A DNA stretch of 64,000 nucleotides from contig OZ037770.1 of NCBI GenBank assembly GCA_964035545.1, positions 8,686,973 through 8,750,972 of the forward strand, written 5' to 3'. Positions 40,470 to 52,946 of the stretch are shown piece after piece. This DNA is from Bugula neritina (lineage: Eukaryota > Animalia > Bryozoa). The notes beneath the pieces are model-generated. The model was not told the DNA's origin, made no database searches, and saw nothing but the letters and a program-made list of their open reading frames with translations. Both the position numbers and the translations under genes were made by a program. Positions within the stretch are counted from its first letter, which is position 1. Each line of letters begins with the position of its first letter.

Positions 40470-43400
40470 TCAATGTTCAGTAGTAGTAGTTGTGAGCTCA
40501 AGAGGTAGTTGCGAAATACGTCTGCCCTTGGCGATGTCAGCGTAGGAAAAGGCCGAGCAGCGTGTTTGCTGCGCGTGGTTGGAACTCTTTGCTCCGGCCG
40601 CATTAATTCCTCCGACTACTCCGCCCTCGCTAAAGTTGATATTTGCGTGGGGCTCACAACTCTTACATTTGCCTGATAGTTCTCTCGTACGGTTTCCCCC
40701 TAGACTTTCATACGCGCCGCTTTGGATGCAGTCACATACAAAATATTTTAAATATGATGGGGGTTGCCTCGTACGTTGTTCCCGCTCTAGGGAAGGTGAC
40801 GCACTCGCCGGTGGACTAGTGAGTACCACTGGCGGTGCTTCTGGTTCACCGGTAGTGATTACTTTTTCCTGTTCTCCGGATGGAGCCCCTCCCTCTGTGG
40901 GGGTTTGCACTTCCGGAACCAGCTCGGTTTTTGGAAGTGATGGTATCAGAATTGGTATAAGAGGCGGCGGGCGCACTTCAGTGGGTAAAAGTGGTCGCTC
41001 GTCTCGTACCAAGTCCTCTTCCTGCGGAATGACCACTTAATACTCGGGTCCATGCCGTCGTAGTCCACGCGTTGTCGTCTGCTTCCTTGGCTCTAACAAC
41101 GGGGGGGGGGGAGACTTCTCCCACTGCGTCTGGGCTAGCCCAATACGGCTTCAAGCAAGCCTCATTTTGGATGGACATTTGTCCTGAGCGCTCGATCTTG
41201 TGGGTATGGTTGGGCATAGCCTCAACTATCACGTAGGGTCCTACAAACTTAGGCTGTAATTTAGCCGCCTGCCCGCGATGCCTACGATAATTGACCATCC
41301 ACACCCAATCTCCTGTCTGATAGAGGGGTGGCTCCTCAGAATCTTCGCGCCGCACCTGCCACTGCTTCTCCCCCAGCATTTCGTGTGCGACCCTCATCCG
41401 TTCCACTAGTTCACTGGCATACTCGTGAACTGAGTTGTCTTGCTTTGGAATTTGGTAGGTAAGATTGTCAGGGACCCGAGTCTTCCTCTCGAGCATCCGG
41501 AGGTTTGGGGTCTCACCAGTGCTGGTGTGTGGGGTGCTACGGTATGCGCGTATGACTTGTGGCAATACCGTATCCCATTCCTCTTGACTGCGTCTGAGGA
41601 GCAGACTCCGGAGCGCATCACCTAGCATCCGGTTGTTGCGCTCCACTACCCCGTTATCCTAGGGATGATAAGGGGTGGTCCTGCTCTGATTCATTGCCCA
41701 GAGGCGGCAAAGGTCGCTCATCAGTTGAGAATGGAACTGAGCGCCTTGGTCAGAGTGGATCTGTTCGGGGAGGCTGAAGTAACAGAAGACATGTTGGTTT
41801 AGCACCCTGACCACTGTCGGAGCTGACGCATCTGGGATCACCAGAGCGTCCGCCCACCTGGTAAAGTGGTCGGTTAATACTAAGATCCAACTGTTGCCTC
41901 TGGGGGTTAGGGGCATGGGTCCGACCAGGTCGACAGCTACTACTTGCCACGGCCTTCCAGCATATAACCTTCGCCGTCCCGCTTCACCAGGGAAACGTCC
42001 ATGCTTGCTGGCCTGGCAGATTTCACACTGTTTTACTCTGAGTCGAACATCACGCCCCATAATGGGCCAATACCGCTGGAGTTGCAATTTAGAGAGCACT
42101 CTCTGGACTCCTGTGTGAGCCTGTTTGTGAATGTCCCAAATTAACTCACGGCGTATGGCAGTGGGGCAGACCACCATTTTCCTCTCCGGGTGTCTGCCGT
42201 GGCAGACCATCTTGCCCGATCCTCAGCAACTCCCAACGTTGACAGAATAGCCGGAACTCGGCGCATCCCTGTCTTATTTGTTCCTCGCTGGGTCGTCGCC
42301 CTTCCTTTTTGGCCCGATATATGTCTGCCACTACTCCAGACAGTTCGTCCTGAAGCTTCTTCAGCTCCCGGACATCATCAGCAAAAAGGTTTGGCGCGGA
42401 GGTTTTGTACAACCTCCGGGGACTCGTCAACCTTCCGTTGGAGTTGACCCTTGTCCCAGTCAAACTGTGCTCCGTGGTGAGCCAGTGTCTCTAACTCACA
42501 TCGTGGGGGACCTCCATCCCTCCTCTCGATGTTGAGACACTGTTTACAACCTCCATCAGGTCGCCGGCTCAAACTATCCGCATTGCTGTGTCTCTCACCT
42601 GGCCGGTGTTCGATCCGGTAGGAGAACTCAGCTAGGATTTCGAGCCATTGGGGGACCTGACTGGACAGCTTTGCTCTCTTGCACAACCAGATAAGGGAGG
42701 CATAATCCGTACGCAGCCGCAACTTCCTGCCGTACAGGTATGGTCTGAAGTGCTTCACTGACTTAAATACTGCCAGTAACTCTTTGCGGGTAGTGCATTT
42801 AATTTCGTTCAGTGGGTGAGAGAGACTTGCTGTAGTAAGCTACTACTACTTCTCGGCCTTTCTGCACTTGGGACAGCACAGCGCCAACATTCTGGCCACT
42901 GGCGTCTGTGTCAAGGATGTACTCCAGAGTTGGGTCTGGGTAGGCCAAGATAGGTGCCGTCAGTAGGCAACCCTTGAGGCGGTCGAACGCTCATTGTTCG
43001 ACCGGGGTCCACTGCCACATCACTCCCTTTGCGGTGAGCCGGTTTAATGGCCGTGCTATCCCCGCAAAGTCTGGTATGTATTGTCTGTAATGCCCCACCA
43101 GACCCAAGAAGGCCCGGAGTCTGGTCAAATCTTGAGGGGTGACCCAGTCGTCTATCACCCCTAACTTCTCGGGATCCGTTGCCATGCTGTTTCCATCGAC
43201 AACATGCCCCAGGTACTTAACCTCCAGCTGCAATAGAGCGCACTTGGAAGGTTTCAGCTTCAGACCGGCGCCTCTGAGTCTTTCAAAAACCTCCCGCAGA
43301 CGACTGATGTGTGTATCGAAGTCTGGAGAGATCACGATGACGTCATCGAGGTAAATCGACAGTGTCTTCTAGTGGAGTCCGCTGAGGACTTGCTCCAACA

Positions 43401-44688
43401 GACTCTGAAAAGTGGCCGGGGCAGAGGTTAACCCGAAGGGCAACACCTTCCACTTCCACAGTGCATCCCGTGTGATAAACGTCGCCTTCTCCGCTCAACA
43501 AGTCTAACGTACTGAAGTACTTGCTGCCGGCTAGGGCGTCCCGTGATTCATCAATACGAGGTAGAGGGTAGGCGTCCTGTATGATCACGCTATCGAGCTT
43601 GCGGTAGTCCACACAAAACCGCCAACTTCCGTCTTTTTTCTGGACCAGCAAGACCGGCGAGCCCCACGCACTGTGGACTGGCTCGATAAGACCGCGATCC
43701 AAAAGATTCCAGACTTGTCGGCTGACCTCCTTTTCTGGCCCCAACCTGCATGTGGGTTGCCGAATAGGGACTGTCCCTGCAGTCAGCAGTATCTCGTGTC
43801 TGACAGCTCCAGTCAGTCCCACGTCATGATCTCCGCTGCTGAACACACCACCGTAGTCGCGTAGCAATTTCGCCATAGTCTGGCGTTCCTCGTTGTTCGC
43901 GCAGCCACCACAAGCTGTCTCGTTTTACTCCCTGATGTGTGTTGGAACAGTCCCCCGCCCCTTTGGAGGGCATCGAGGGGGCCCTTCTGTCGTATCTCCC
44001 AGCCACGGGCCCACGTCCTTCTCTTGGACAGAGTGGAACTGGCCCAACATAGATCCAGCTAGTAGCTTAATGGACTCAGTAAAAAGATTTACGCACTGCA
44101 CCAAGATCTCTTCTCGTGCAGTTAGCTGGTTCAGACTGCTGGCGAGTTAGATTATTTCATGCGCGCCTTCAACTACCCCGAGTCCAGAGATCTGGTTATT
44201 GTTCACTCTGCAGTGGATAGTAGCCCGAGAGCGTCCCGGTACGGTGCAGTTCCGGATTACCTGGACACCTCCCACTAGAGGACGCCCGGACTTATCCACA
44301 CATTGGAGTTCTCGCCCGCCCATCAGCACTGCCGACTTACTAAAGTCGATGCGCATTGGTGCCGCTTCAAAAAGGGCATTCCGAGAATAGCATCCTCCTC
44401 CAGTTGGCTGATGACAAAAGTCTCCTGTACAGCCTGGTCTCGGACACGCCAAGTGAGTTCTATGATACCATGGAAGGGGATACACGACCTACCTGCTAGG
44501 GTGCCATGTTCTCCCGTATACGGTCGTACTCTGTCCCTGTCCTGGCGGGAAAGTGTCTCGAAGACCCTACGACTGAAGAGGTTCGTAGTACAACCGGAGT
44601 CTAGCAAGAAAGTGACAGCTTTACCCGCCATTTTTCCTGGTCGGAAATAACTATCTCCATGTGGTTGTACCTTCACCACACCCCGCAT
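40470..44688 (-). pseudogene. Gypsy pol (PR-RT-RH-IN), fragmented
   Basis: ORF pieces 44323-44688, 43343-43876, 42991-43335, 42378-42758, 41659-42210, 40978-41646 and 40470-41036 carry the canonical motifs. Confidence 0.93.
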
Positions 44689-44699
44689 GCTCAGTTCTC

Positions 44700-45888
44700 C
44701 CTGGGAAGAGCTGCGGGGGTGTTGCCCATGGCTTACGAAGCCTTCGGCGACGGGGCTTGTGCCTGAGCGTGCCCAGGCTCTCCACTGGGCCTTCCGGCTC
44801 TACGTTAGTGGTGGCCTCCTTTTCCTCGGGTTTCCTCGGGTAACCGATGAAACGGTTAGTGAGTGGCAGCGAAAAAGTAACTGGCCGCCGTGCAGGTCGG
44901 CTGGTCTTGCGTAGTACCTGTCATTCGTGGGGAGCATACCGTCGCGTCTGTACAGACGGCCGGAGGTGTGTCTTGCTATGGTCTTTTAGTCTCGGCCCGC
45001 GGAGAGGGAAGGCGTCCGCGGGCCGTGGTAGTTCAACGCCCTTTGATTCCGGGGGTGTCCTCTCTGAGGGCGAGCCTGACTACCGCTTCCCAAGCCCGGC
45101 ATCGCAGATGCCATAGGCAACTGCTGGGGCCTTTGCGGTGGTTGGATGGAGTTGGTGTGAGCGAGAATCGCTACCAACTGTTCTAACATCCCGCCATGCG
45201 ATTCACCTCCGCGTCCAGGGGAGAGGCTTTTGGGGCCGCTGCGGTGCTAGAGAGAGGTAGCGGTGCCGCATATCCTTCCGCGGCGTTTAATTCCAACTGG
45301 TGGTGGGTTTTGTTGTCCCTTATGTAGTTGTGTAGCTAGTAGGTAAGCCTCTCTGGCTCGTAGAGCGTCTTCCACCGTGGTCACTCCTTTGGCTTGCAAT
45401 TGGTGGTGCAGACCCGATTCTTTCAACGATTAGACAAACGCATTATAGGTATAGCGCTCTTGGTGTTACACTGGTAAGTCGCCATACGCAATCTGCGCCA
45501 GTCTCTTCACCATAGCTGCATGCTCTTGTAGCGAAGATCGCGGAGTGCGGCATAACCTCTGCAGGCGGGCCCTGGCGTCTACTGCGGAGATACCGAAACG
45601 GGCCCGCAGCGCAGCAAAGATCTCGCCTATGTTAGTTCCTAGTCCGTACGGTTTGGCCTGCTCCGTCAATGCTCTCTGTAGCTGAATAAGGGCCACTCTG
45701 GGTGGCCATTGAGCGAGGTCTATCACCTCTCTGAATTCCTGTATGAACTGCTCTACATCTTCCGATCCGGTAAAGATAGGAGCTTTCAATCGGTACCGAT
45801 AAGCCTCCTCTCCTTGTAACACTGGACCTTCTGGGGTTATTGTAAAATCAGGCTCACCTTCTCTCTGTCGAGCTGGTTCTCTCGCCAT
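44700..45888 (-). pseudogene. Gypsy gag, fragmented
   Basis: Lies directly after the PBS. KAPIFTGSEDVEQFIQEF...LRARFG is a capsid-like motif. Confidence 0.85.
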
Positions 45889-45953
45889 CTTAGTCGTAGT
45901 TGTCAGTTAGGTTGCATCCGTGCTAGTATATAGAGATCCACTGCTGCCACCAC

Positions 45954-46262
45954 TGTTATAATTTCCACAATTATAATAAGTATGGGGATTCGTGTATACT
46001 GTAGGTATCCACGTTGCATTGCTAGACACCAGACATGTAATTAAGAGAGAAGAAGATTTATTTAACACACTAAGTAAAAGTCGTATAATCTGAGCAGCAC
46101 ACCTATATAAAACATCTATCCTAATACATGCAGCATCACGCTCTAACTGAATTATGTTATAAAATACTGTCCGGAAGCCTTTCTGCTTCGGCGGGGGTAA
46201 TCACGTGCTTAGTGGGAATTGGCTTGTGAGCACGTGGCGCCTACGCTTCACTGGTCACTACA
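45954..46262 (-). repeat. 5' LTR
   Basis: Followed on the minus strand by the PBS. Confidence 0.95.
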
Positions 46263-46797
46263 GTATTACACTAGTAATAATAGTAGTAATACTAAAAGAT
46301 TAATACTAATACTACCAGCAGTAGTATTTCATTTACTAATGTCATTAGTTATAGCATTATTAATAGTGATAATAATAGTTAAACTGATTATAAACCAAAA
46401 TGTAACTATAACTTATAGGGTTTTATAGAAAATCTGCTTTGAATGTCACTAATGGTATTAACAAATTAGCATTTTTGTTATCTACTCTCCCATATACTTA
46501 CATTTTGGTTTCAGTTTAAACTTAGTTCAACCCAAATATTATCATAATATTATAATTTCCAATCTATCCTGTTGAGTTACTGCTGACTAAATGCTAAGTA
46601 ATTGTTATTTGACAGAGCCCTCATGAGTGCTAGAATGGGTGCTAATAGAGCTGATAAAACTAAAAATGAAATGCTTTTAGTGTTCAAATTATAATTATGG
46701 TAAAAAACTGCTCGCAGTAAGCAGTGATTAAAGCATTATATATGATCACCCAATTACACTAGTAGGCTATGTTGTTTTGTAATTGTGTTTTTTTCAG

Positions 46798-49616
46798 ATG
46801 GGAAAAAGCTTTCAAGAACATCCTAACGATCAGAATTTTAGCCCTAATTTTGTAAAAGTGGAACCGCCAACAGGTGAGTATTCTTATGTAACTTGCAGGA
46901 ATTATTGCTTGCTGAATTAAAGTCGTAGTTTGGGTGACCGTCAATTGTGATCTTAACAGATATAGAGATTAAGCTAGAACCTGTAGATGAACTTGTAGAA
47001 GATCCTACAGAAGATCATGCAGAAAATCGTTTAGTGAACGTGGAGATACCAACAGGTTAGCATTTCTATTTGATGGCTAATTTTCTGAGTGATACAGAAA
47101 TTATTGTATGAATGTCTTAATCTTTCATGATTCATCAAATAGCACTTGTTTCTTCACCAGATGTTGAGATAAAGCTAGAACCTGAAAAAGGACACGCCGG
47201 TGAATTTGCAGAACAACAGATATTACGAGTTCGTAAAAAGGTGGCTTTTCAGTGTTTCCATGCTGACTGTGACTGTACTAAGGAATCCAGCCTAGCTATG
47301 CATATGGTAACTCACACAGGAGAAAAGCCTTTCCAGTGTTCTAAATGTGACTATAAATGTAACCGAAAAAGTTACCTGGATAGACATATATTAACTCACA
47401 CGGGTGAAAAACCTTTCCAGTGTTCCAAATGTGACTATAAATGTGCTCTAAAATCTAGATTAGCTAGACACATGTCAACTCACGCAGGAGAAAAGCCTTT
47501 CCAGTGTACCAAATGTGACTATAAATGTAACCGAAAAAGTTATCTGGATAGACATATGTTAACTCACACGGGTGAAAAACCTTTCCAGTGTTCCAAATGT
47601 GACTATAAATGTGCTCTAAAATCTAGATTAGCTAGACACATGTCAACTCACGCAGAAGAAAAGCCTTTCCAGTGTTCCAAATGTAACTATAAATGTAACC
47701 GAAAAAGTTACCTGAATAGACATATGTTAACTCACACGGGTGAAAAACCTTTCCAGTCTCCCAAATGTGACTATAAATGTGCTGTAAAATCTAGCGTAGC
47801 TAGACACATGTCAACTCGCGCAGGAGAAAAGCCTTTCCAGTGTTCCAAATGTGACTATAAATGTAACCGAAAAAGTTACCTGGATAGACATATGTTAACT
47901 CACACGGGTGAAAAACCTTTCCAGTGTTCCAAATGTGACTATAAATGTGCTGACAAATTAAGCCTAGCTATGCATATGTCAACTCACACAGGACGAAAGC
48001 CTTTCCAGTGTTCCAAATGCAAATATAGATGTAATCAAAAAGGTTACCTGTATAGGCATATATTAACTCACACAGGGGGAAAAATTTTCCAGTGTTCCAC
48101 ATGTAACTATAGATGTAACCGAAAATACAGCCTAGCTATGCATATGTCAACTCATACGGGAGAAAAGCCTTTCCAGTGTTCCATTTGTGACTATAAATGT
48201 ACTATAAAATCCAAACTAGCCAGACACATGTTAACTCACACGAGTGAAAAACCTTTCCAGTGTTCCAAATGTGACTATAAATGTGCTCTAAAATCTAGAT
48301 TAGCTAGACACATGTCAACTCACGCAGGAGAAAAGCCTTTCCAGTGTACCAAATGTGACTATAAATGTAACCGAAAAAGTTATCTGGATAGACATATGTT
48401 AACTCACACGGGTGAAAAACCTTTCCAGTGTTCCAAATGTGACTATAAATGTGCTCTAAAATCTAGATTAGCTAGACACATGTCAACTCACGCAGAAGAA
48501 AAGCCTTTCCAGTGTTCCAAATGTAACTATAAATGTAACCGAAAAAGTTACCTGAATAGACATATGTTAACTCACACGGGTGAAAAACCTTTCCAGTCTC
48601 CCAAATGTGACTATAAATGTGCTGTAAAATCTAGCGTAGCTAGACACATGTCAACTCGCGCAGGAGAAAAGCCTTTCCAGTGTTCCAAATGTGACTATAA
48701 ATGTAACCGAAAAAGTTACCTGGATAGACATATGTTAACTCACACGGGTGAAAAACCTTTCCAGTGTTCCAAATGTGACTATAAATGTGCTCTAAAATCT
48801 AGCTTAGCTAGACACATGTCAACTCACGCAGAAGAAAAGCCTTTCCAGTGTTCCAAGTGTGACTATAAATGTAACCGGAAAAGTTACCTGGATAGACATA
48901 TGTTATCTCACACGGGTGAAAAACCTTTCCAGTGTTCCAAATGTGACTATAAATGTGCTGAAAAATCAAGCTTAGCTATTCATATGTTTACCCACACAGG
49001 AGAAAAGCCTTTCCATTGTTCCATATGTGACTATAAATGTACTATAAAATCTAACTTAGCTAGACACATGTTAACTCACACAGTTGAAAAACCTTTTAAG
49101 TGTTTCAAATGTGACCATAGATTTAAGCGAAAGTTCAGCCTAGCTAGGCATATGTCAACTCACACTGGAGAAAAGCCTTTCCAGTGTTCTGAATGTGAAT
49201 ATAAATGTGCTGTGAAATCCAGCCTAGCTAGACACATGTTAACTCACACAAGTGAAAAACCTTTCAAGTGTTCCAAATGTGACTATAAATGTGCTTTGAA
49301 ATGCCACCTGGCTATGCATATGTCAACTCACGTGGGAGAAAAGCCTTTCCATTGTTCCAAATGTGAATATCGATTTAACCAAAAAAGCCACCTGGATAAA
49401 CATATGTTTACTCACACGGGAGAAAAGCCTTTCCAGTGTTCCAAATGTGACTATAGATGTAACCGAAAAAGCCACCTGGATAAACATATGTTAACTCACA
49501 CAGGTGAAAAGCCTTTCCAGTGTCCCAAATGTGACTATAAATGCACTGGGCAACTGATTTTAAATCGTCACATGAGAGTTCATACAGGAGATAAATCTAC
49601 AAAATGCAATAACTGA
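46798..49616 (+). CDS. Tandem C2H2 zinc-finger protein, copy 1 (27 finger units, two with lost ligands, plus one degenerate lead finger)
   Basis: Exons 46798-46873, 46960-47055 and 47161-49616 with phase-1 GT-AG introns. 84-bp repeats with TGEKPF linkers. No KRAB, SET, ZAD or BTB domain recognised. Confidence 0.93.
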
Positions 49617-50371
49617 AGAAGTAAATTTAAATGTATAAGAATGTTGGAGAGCCATAGGCAAAGTGTACATACACAAACTCAACATGTATTTAAACTGTAT
49701 TGTATGTAGCTATAGGTGTAGAAGCAAATCTGCCTTAAGCAAGCAGTTTGCATCTCCTACATAGAACACTCTTTATGTCAAAATAGAAAAAACTTGTAGT
49801 TGAAAAAACTTTTGTTTGATCCACTATTTTATCTGCTGAACTCTCTGGTTTTACTGGTATGGTTATGTATACGTTTTTGGTGTAATGTATTCAATTTCAT
49901 CCCAAATCAAGTCAAATATAGTGATGTATGTTAGCTCTACCAGTTGTCTATATTCTATTGAGTATTCTATTTACTAGGTGCGATTGTGTCTACATCAAAC
50001 ATAATCTTATAATATAACTTTACAATTAACAGCCTATACTAACTATAGACTATTTTTCAATTAGCAATTAAGAGTTGTGCCCTCACAAAGTAAATCGATC
50101 AAACTTTTTGATAAAGAACAAACTCATTAAAAATTCAAAGTCTGTCTGCTACAAAAAATCAATGCTATAGCATTGTTCTTTTAGGGATTAACATTTATGT
50201 ACAAGCACACATATGTATTACCAGTTCCAAAAAAATTTAAAATATTTCTTCATGAAAAATTGTGAAAAAAATAATCTTGAAAGCTTTTCTGTGATTTCAG
50301 TTATTTAGCAATACTGAAGTGGCAGCTATGATATAAGGCTTATTAATCAGTCGTTGTGCTTCCTGTCACCA

Positions 50372-52946
50372 CACAGTTGGTTTAAGGTCATTACTTTCCA
50401 GATTCAGGCACTGCTTTATGTTATATATAAACGGTTTCCAGGGGATAGCTCGAACAGTTTTTGTCTCACATTAACAAATTTTACATGAAAAGATAGCTCT
50501 TGCATTCCTCTTTCATATACTTTTTTAATTTTTCAATAAAATTTTTTTTGAGAAAGTTGTTGCATAATAAGTAAAATTTTACACCCTCCATGTTCCACTG
50601 CTGTAGCACAGGGGATTCATTTTATAAAGTATAAAAGTTAAACTTGACATTCCTTGATATGTTTTCTCTAATATACTTTCTTTGTTTTTTGAAATTCTGT
50701 TTATGCTCTTCACAATTTGGTAAAAACATACACCATTTTGCAAGTTTCACTGCAATTTTCTAAATTCTTCATATGGTGGTTCTAGCTACGCTCCTGTGAC
50801 TAATTATAACATTCCTAGTACGTTTGCCGCTCTGCGCTATCACAATAACATATAGTACCCTCTCGCACAAATTGGCAGTATATTGGATTTCTGCCAATAT
50901 AATGTTCCCTGTTTTACATTAGCACTTAGCTGAATCATCTCACTATGTTACAATAATATATTGAAAATGCCTCAGCACAACATAATTCTTTGTTTGTTTG
51001 GCAGAGTTAATTTCAGCTAAATCACTTCACTTTGCAGTCTTGTCAGTAAAGGTCTGTCTATAGAGCAGCAGGTGTACTTTCAGTTTCTCTAATTCACATA
51101 TGATTATTTTAAGTACATTGTATTCTATAAGATCAATTTAAGGTTTAGTCCAGTGTTCAGTATCTAATTATTATGCATGTATGTTGTCTTACTGTTGAAC
51201 AAAAGTTAAAAAAAACTTTACAATTATAGCCATATTTATTATACATGCGTAGGATTTGCATAAGTTGACAAAAAAAATTGCGACAAAACAGGGTTGAACC
51301 ATAACCAACTAACTCCTCGCTGACGCCTCTAACCTCTAGACCACGCAGTCATCGTTAATAAGACGCGCACTATATGAGTAACTATCATTACATAAATATT
51401 TCGCGCGCAAAAGGGTTATAATTATTAGGCTGTCAATTCATGTTGATAGCAGTCAACTGTTGCAATAGTCTCGGGTTACTAGCAAAGCTAATGGTTTTGA
51501 ACAAATAACCCAAAAGTTTAAAAATAAGTAGCTTGCGTATTACTAGCTACAAAAACAGGTCTGAAATAGACTGGTAAAGCAAGCTCTTATTGTAGAGTTT
51601 GCAGATGTGCTCTAAAATAAAACTTAAACTGTATGGTATTACATAAGTATTTGTATGCGAGAGATAAATGGACATTACTGAGTTTCTGGAAAACAACATA
51701 CTTGAAGTTAACTTTGACAATGGTGTGTTATTTTCATCATACACTAGCACAGATAGGGCCTATAGCATAAATCTCTAATCATATGAATCTTTATGAAGCC
51801 CACAGCTCATGTAAGGGTGGCAAATGTAATTTGAAACTAAAAATTATGTTGCTGCATTTTGTCTAAGGTATATTAGAGAGCAGAATTTGGTTTTACTAGC
51901 CTGCCCCAACGGCATTCTACAATGCAGCTTATATGCTGGCAGTTGTAATAAGTACTGCCAATAGCAAGGTTACTATCACTGCTAGCTCTGTGCAGTATGT
52001 AACCTCTTGAATAATTGCGCCAATTTTAAACTCTTGGAAGTTGGCCAAGTTATCATATCGCAGCCAGCCACCGGAGACAAAGCATCAGAGCTATTTATAT
52101 AATATTATACTGATGCACTTGGTAGCAGAGTGGCTAATCTAATATAGTTCATAGTTCAACACCCTTTACTTTGGGAATACAGCCTCTTTTTTTAGGTTTA
52201 CCTTACAAAGCATGAAAATATCTAAACTGATATTCTGATAATTTAGAGGTACATTTTGAAAACTAGGTTAATTGCACTCGTTTGCACAACAACAATAATA
52301 AATTAGATATTATGCAGGATAATAAAAACACACATAATACTATATAATATATTATAATGATAATAATATAATATTATAAGTACCATTACTGCATTTTATA
52401 AATTACATGGTTGCCAAAAAAATGTATCACAAATTTTGTAATTATACATCAAAAATAGAACTAGCTAGGCAGCAGGTTAGAATAGAGTAAATTTTTAAAA
52501 CATGAAATCATGATTTGACTATTGTTTTATTTAGGCCAACCAACCTAGGAATACAAGATTGGGTTTTAGCTGACAGTTTATAACATTTAGCTTTTGAGCC
52601 AGCAGCACTGGCACTTGTGAAGTATAGGCAAAGTTAGTGAAGCGAGACTAACAAGCATTCAAATACAAGGCATATTGAGACGCAATAACAAGTCAGGAGC
52701 GTATAAATTGAAAAGAATGTGGAAGGGGGACTATGTTTTTCAACAAGCTATAACTTAAACATGAATTGGCTTTTGAAAAAAATAAAAAAGTATATTGGAG
52801 AACATAAGTTTCTTTATCTTTTTATATTTTTTTTGTTCCTGTGACATTCAACCTGTTCGAGCTATCAGCGGAACATTGTTCATATAGAACATAAAGCACC
52901 TGGCAAAGAGCCAGAAAATGAAAAGTATGACCTTAAACCAACTGTG
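50372..52946. mobile_element. Non-autonomous TIR transposon with CAC termini and 2-bp TSD (CMC/EnSpm-like)
   Basis: Perfect 20-bp terminal IR CACAGTTGGTTTAAGGTCAT extends imperfectly for about 100 bp. TSD CA. Precise empty site TGTCAC-CA-CTTTAG at about 57907. Confidence 0.85.
51280..51352 (-). mobile_element. Degenerate tRNA-like SINE head
   Basis: GCGTGGTCTAGAGGTTAG (A box) ... GGTTCAACCC (B box). Confidence 0.5.

Larger units (their letters stand above)
36210..46262 (-). mobile_element. Near full-length Gypsy/Ty3 LTR retrotransposon (defective)
   Basis: LTRs 45954-46262 and 36210-36526 (TG...CA; about 15 substitutions plus one 8-bp indel by eye). TSD GTAT, PBS TGGTGGCAGCAGTGG (tRNA-Leu type), PPT GGAGGGGGGCAG. 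Order gag, PR (LLDSG), RT (YLDD), RNase H (DTDAS), IN (HHCC, VAVDLVGP, HSDQG). Empty site at about 55265 in the paralog. Confidence 0.97.

Noticed and set aside
47320-49600. Regular 84-bp repeats with variable cores, superficially like a CRISPR array
   Set aside because: They are in-frame C2H2 finger codons within a spliced eukaryotic gene; no cas genes are present.
46798-49616. PRDM9 orthologue
   Set aside because: The array evolves in a similar way, but no PR/SET, SSXRD or KRAB exon was found upstream in either copy.
50372-50400. RAG/Transib recombination signal
   Set aside because: The heptamer is CACAGTT, no nonamer lies at 12/23 spacing, the TSD is 2 bp rather than 5 bp, and no transposase is present.
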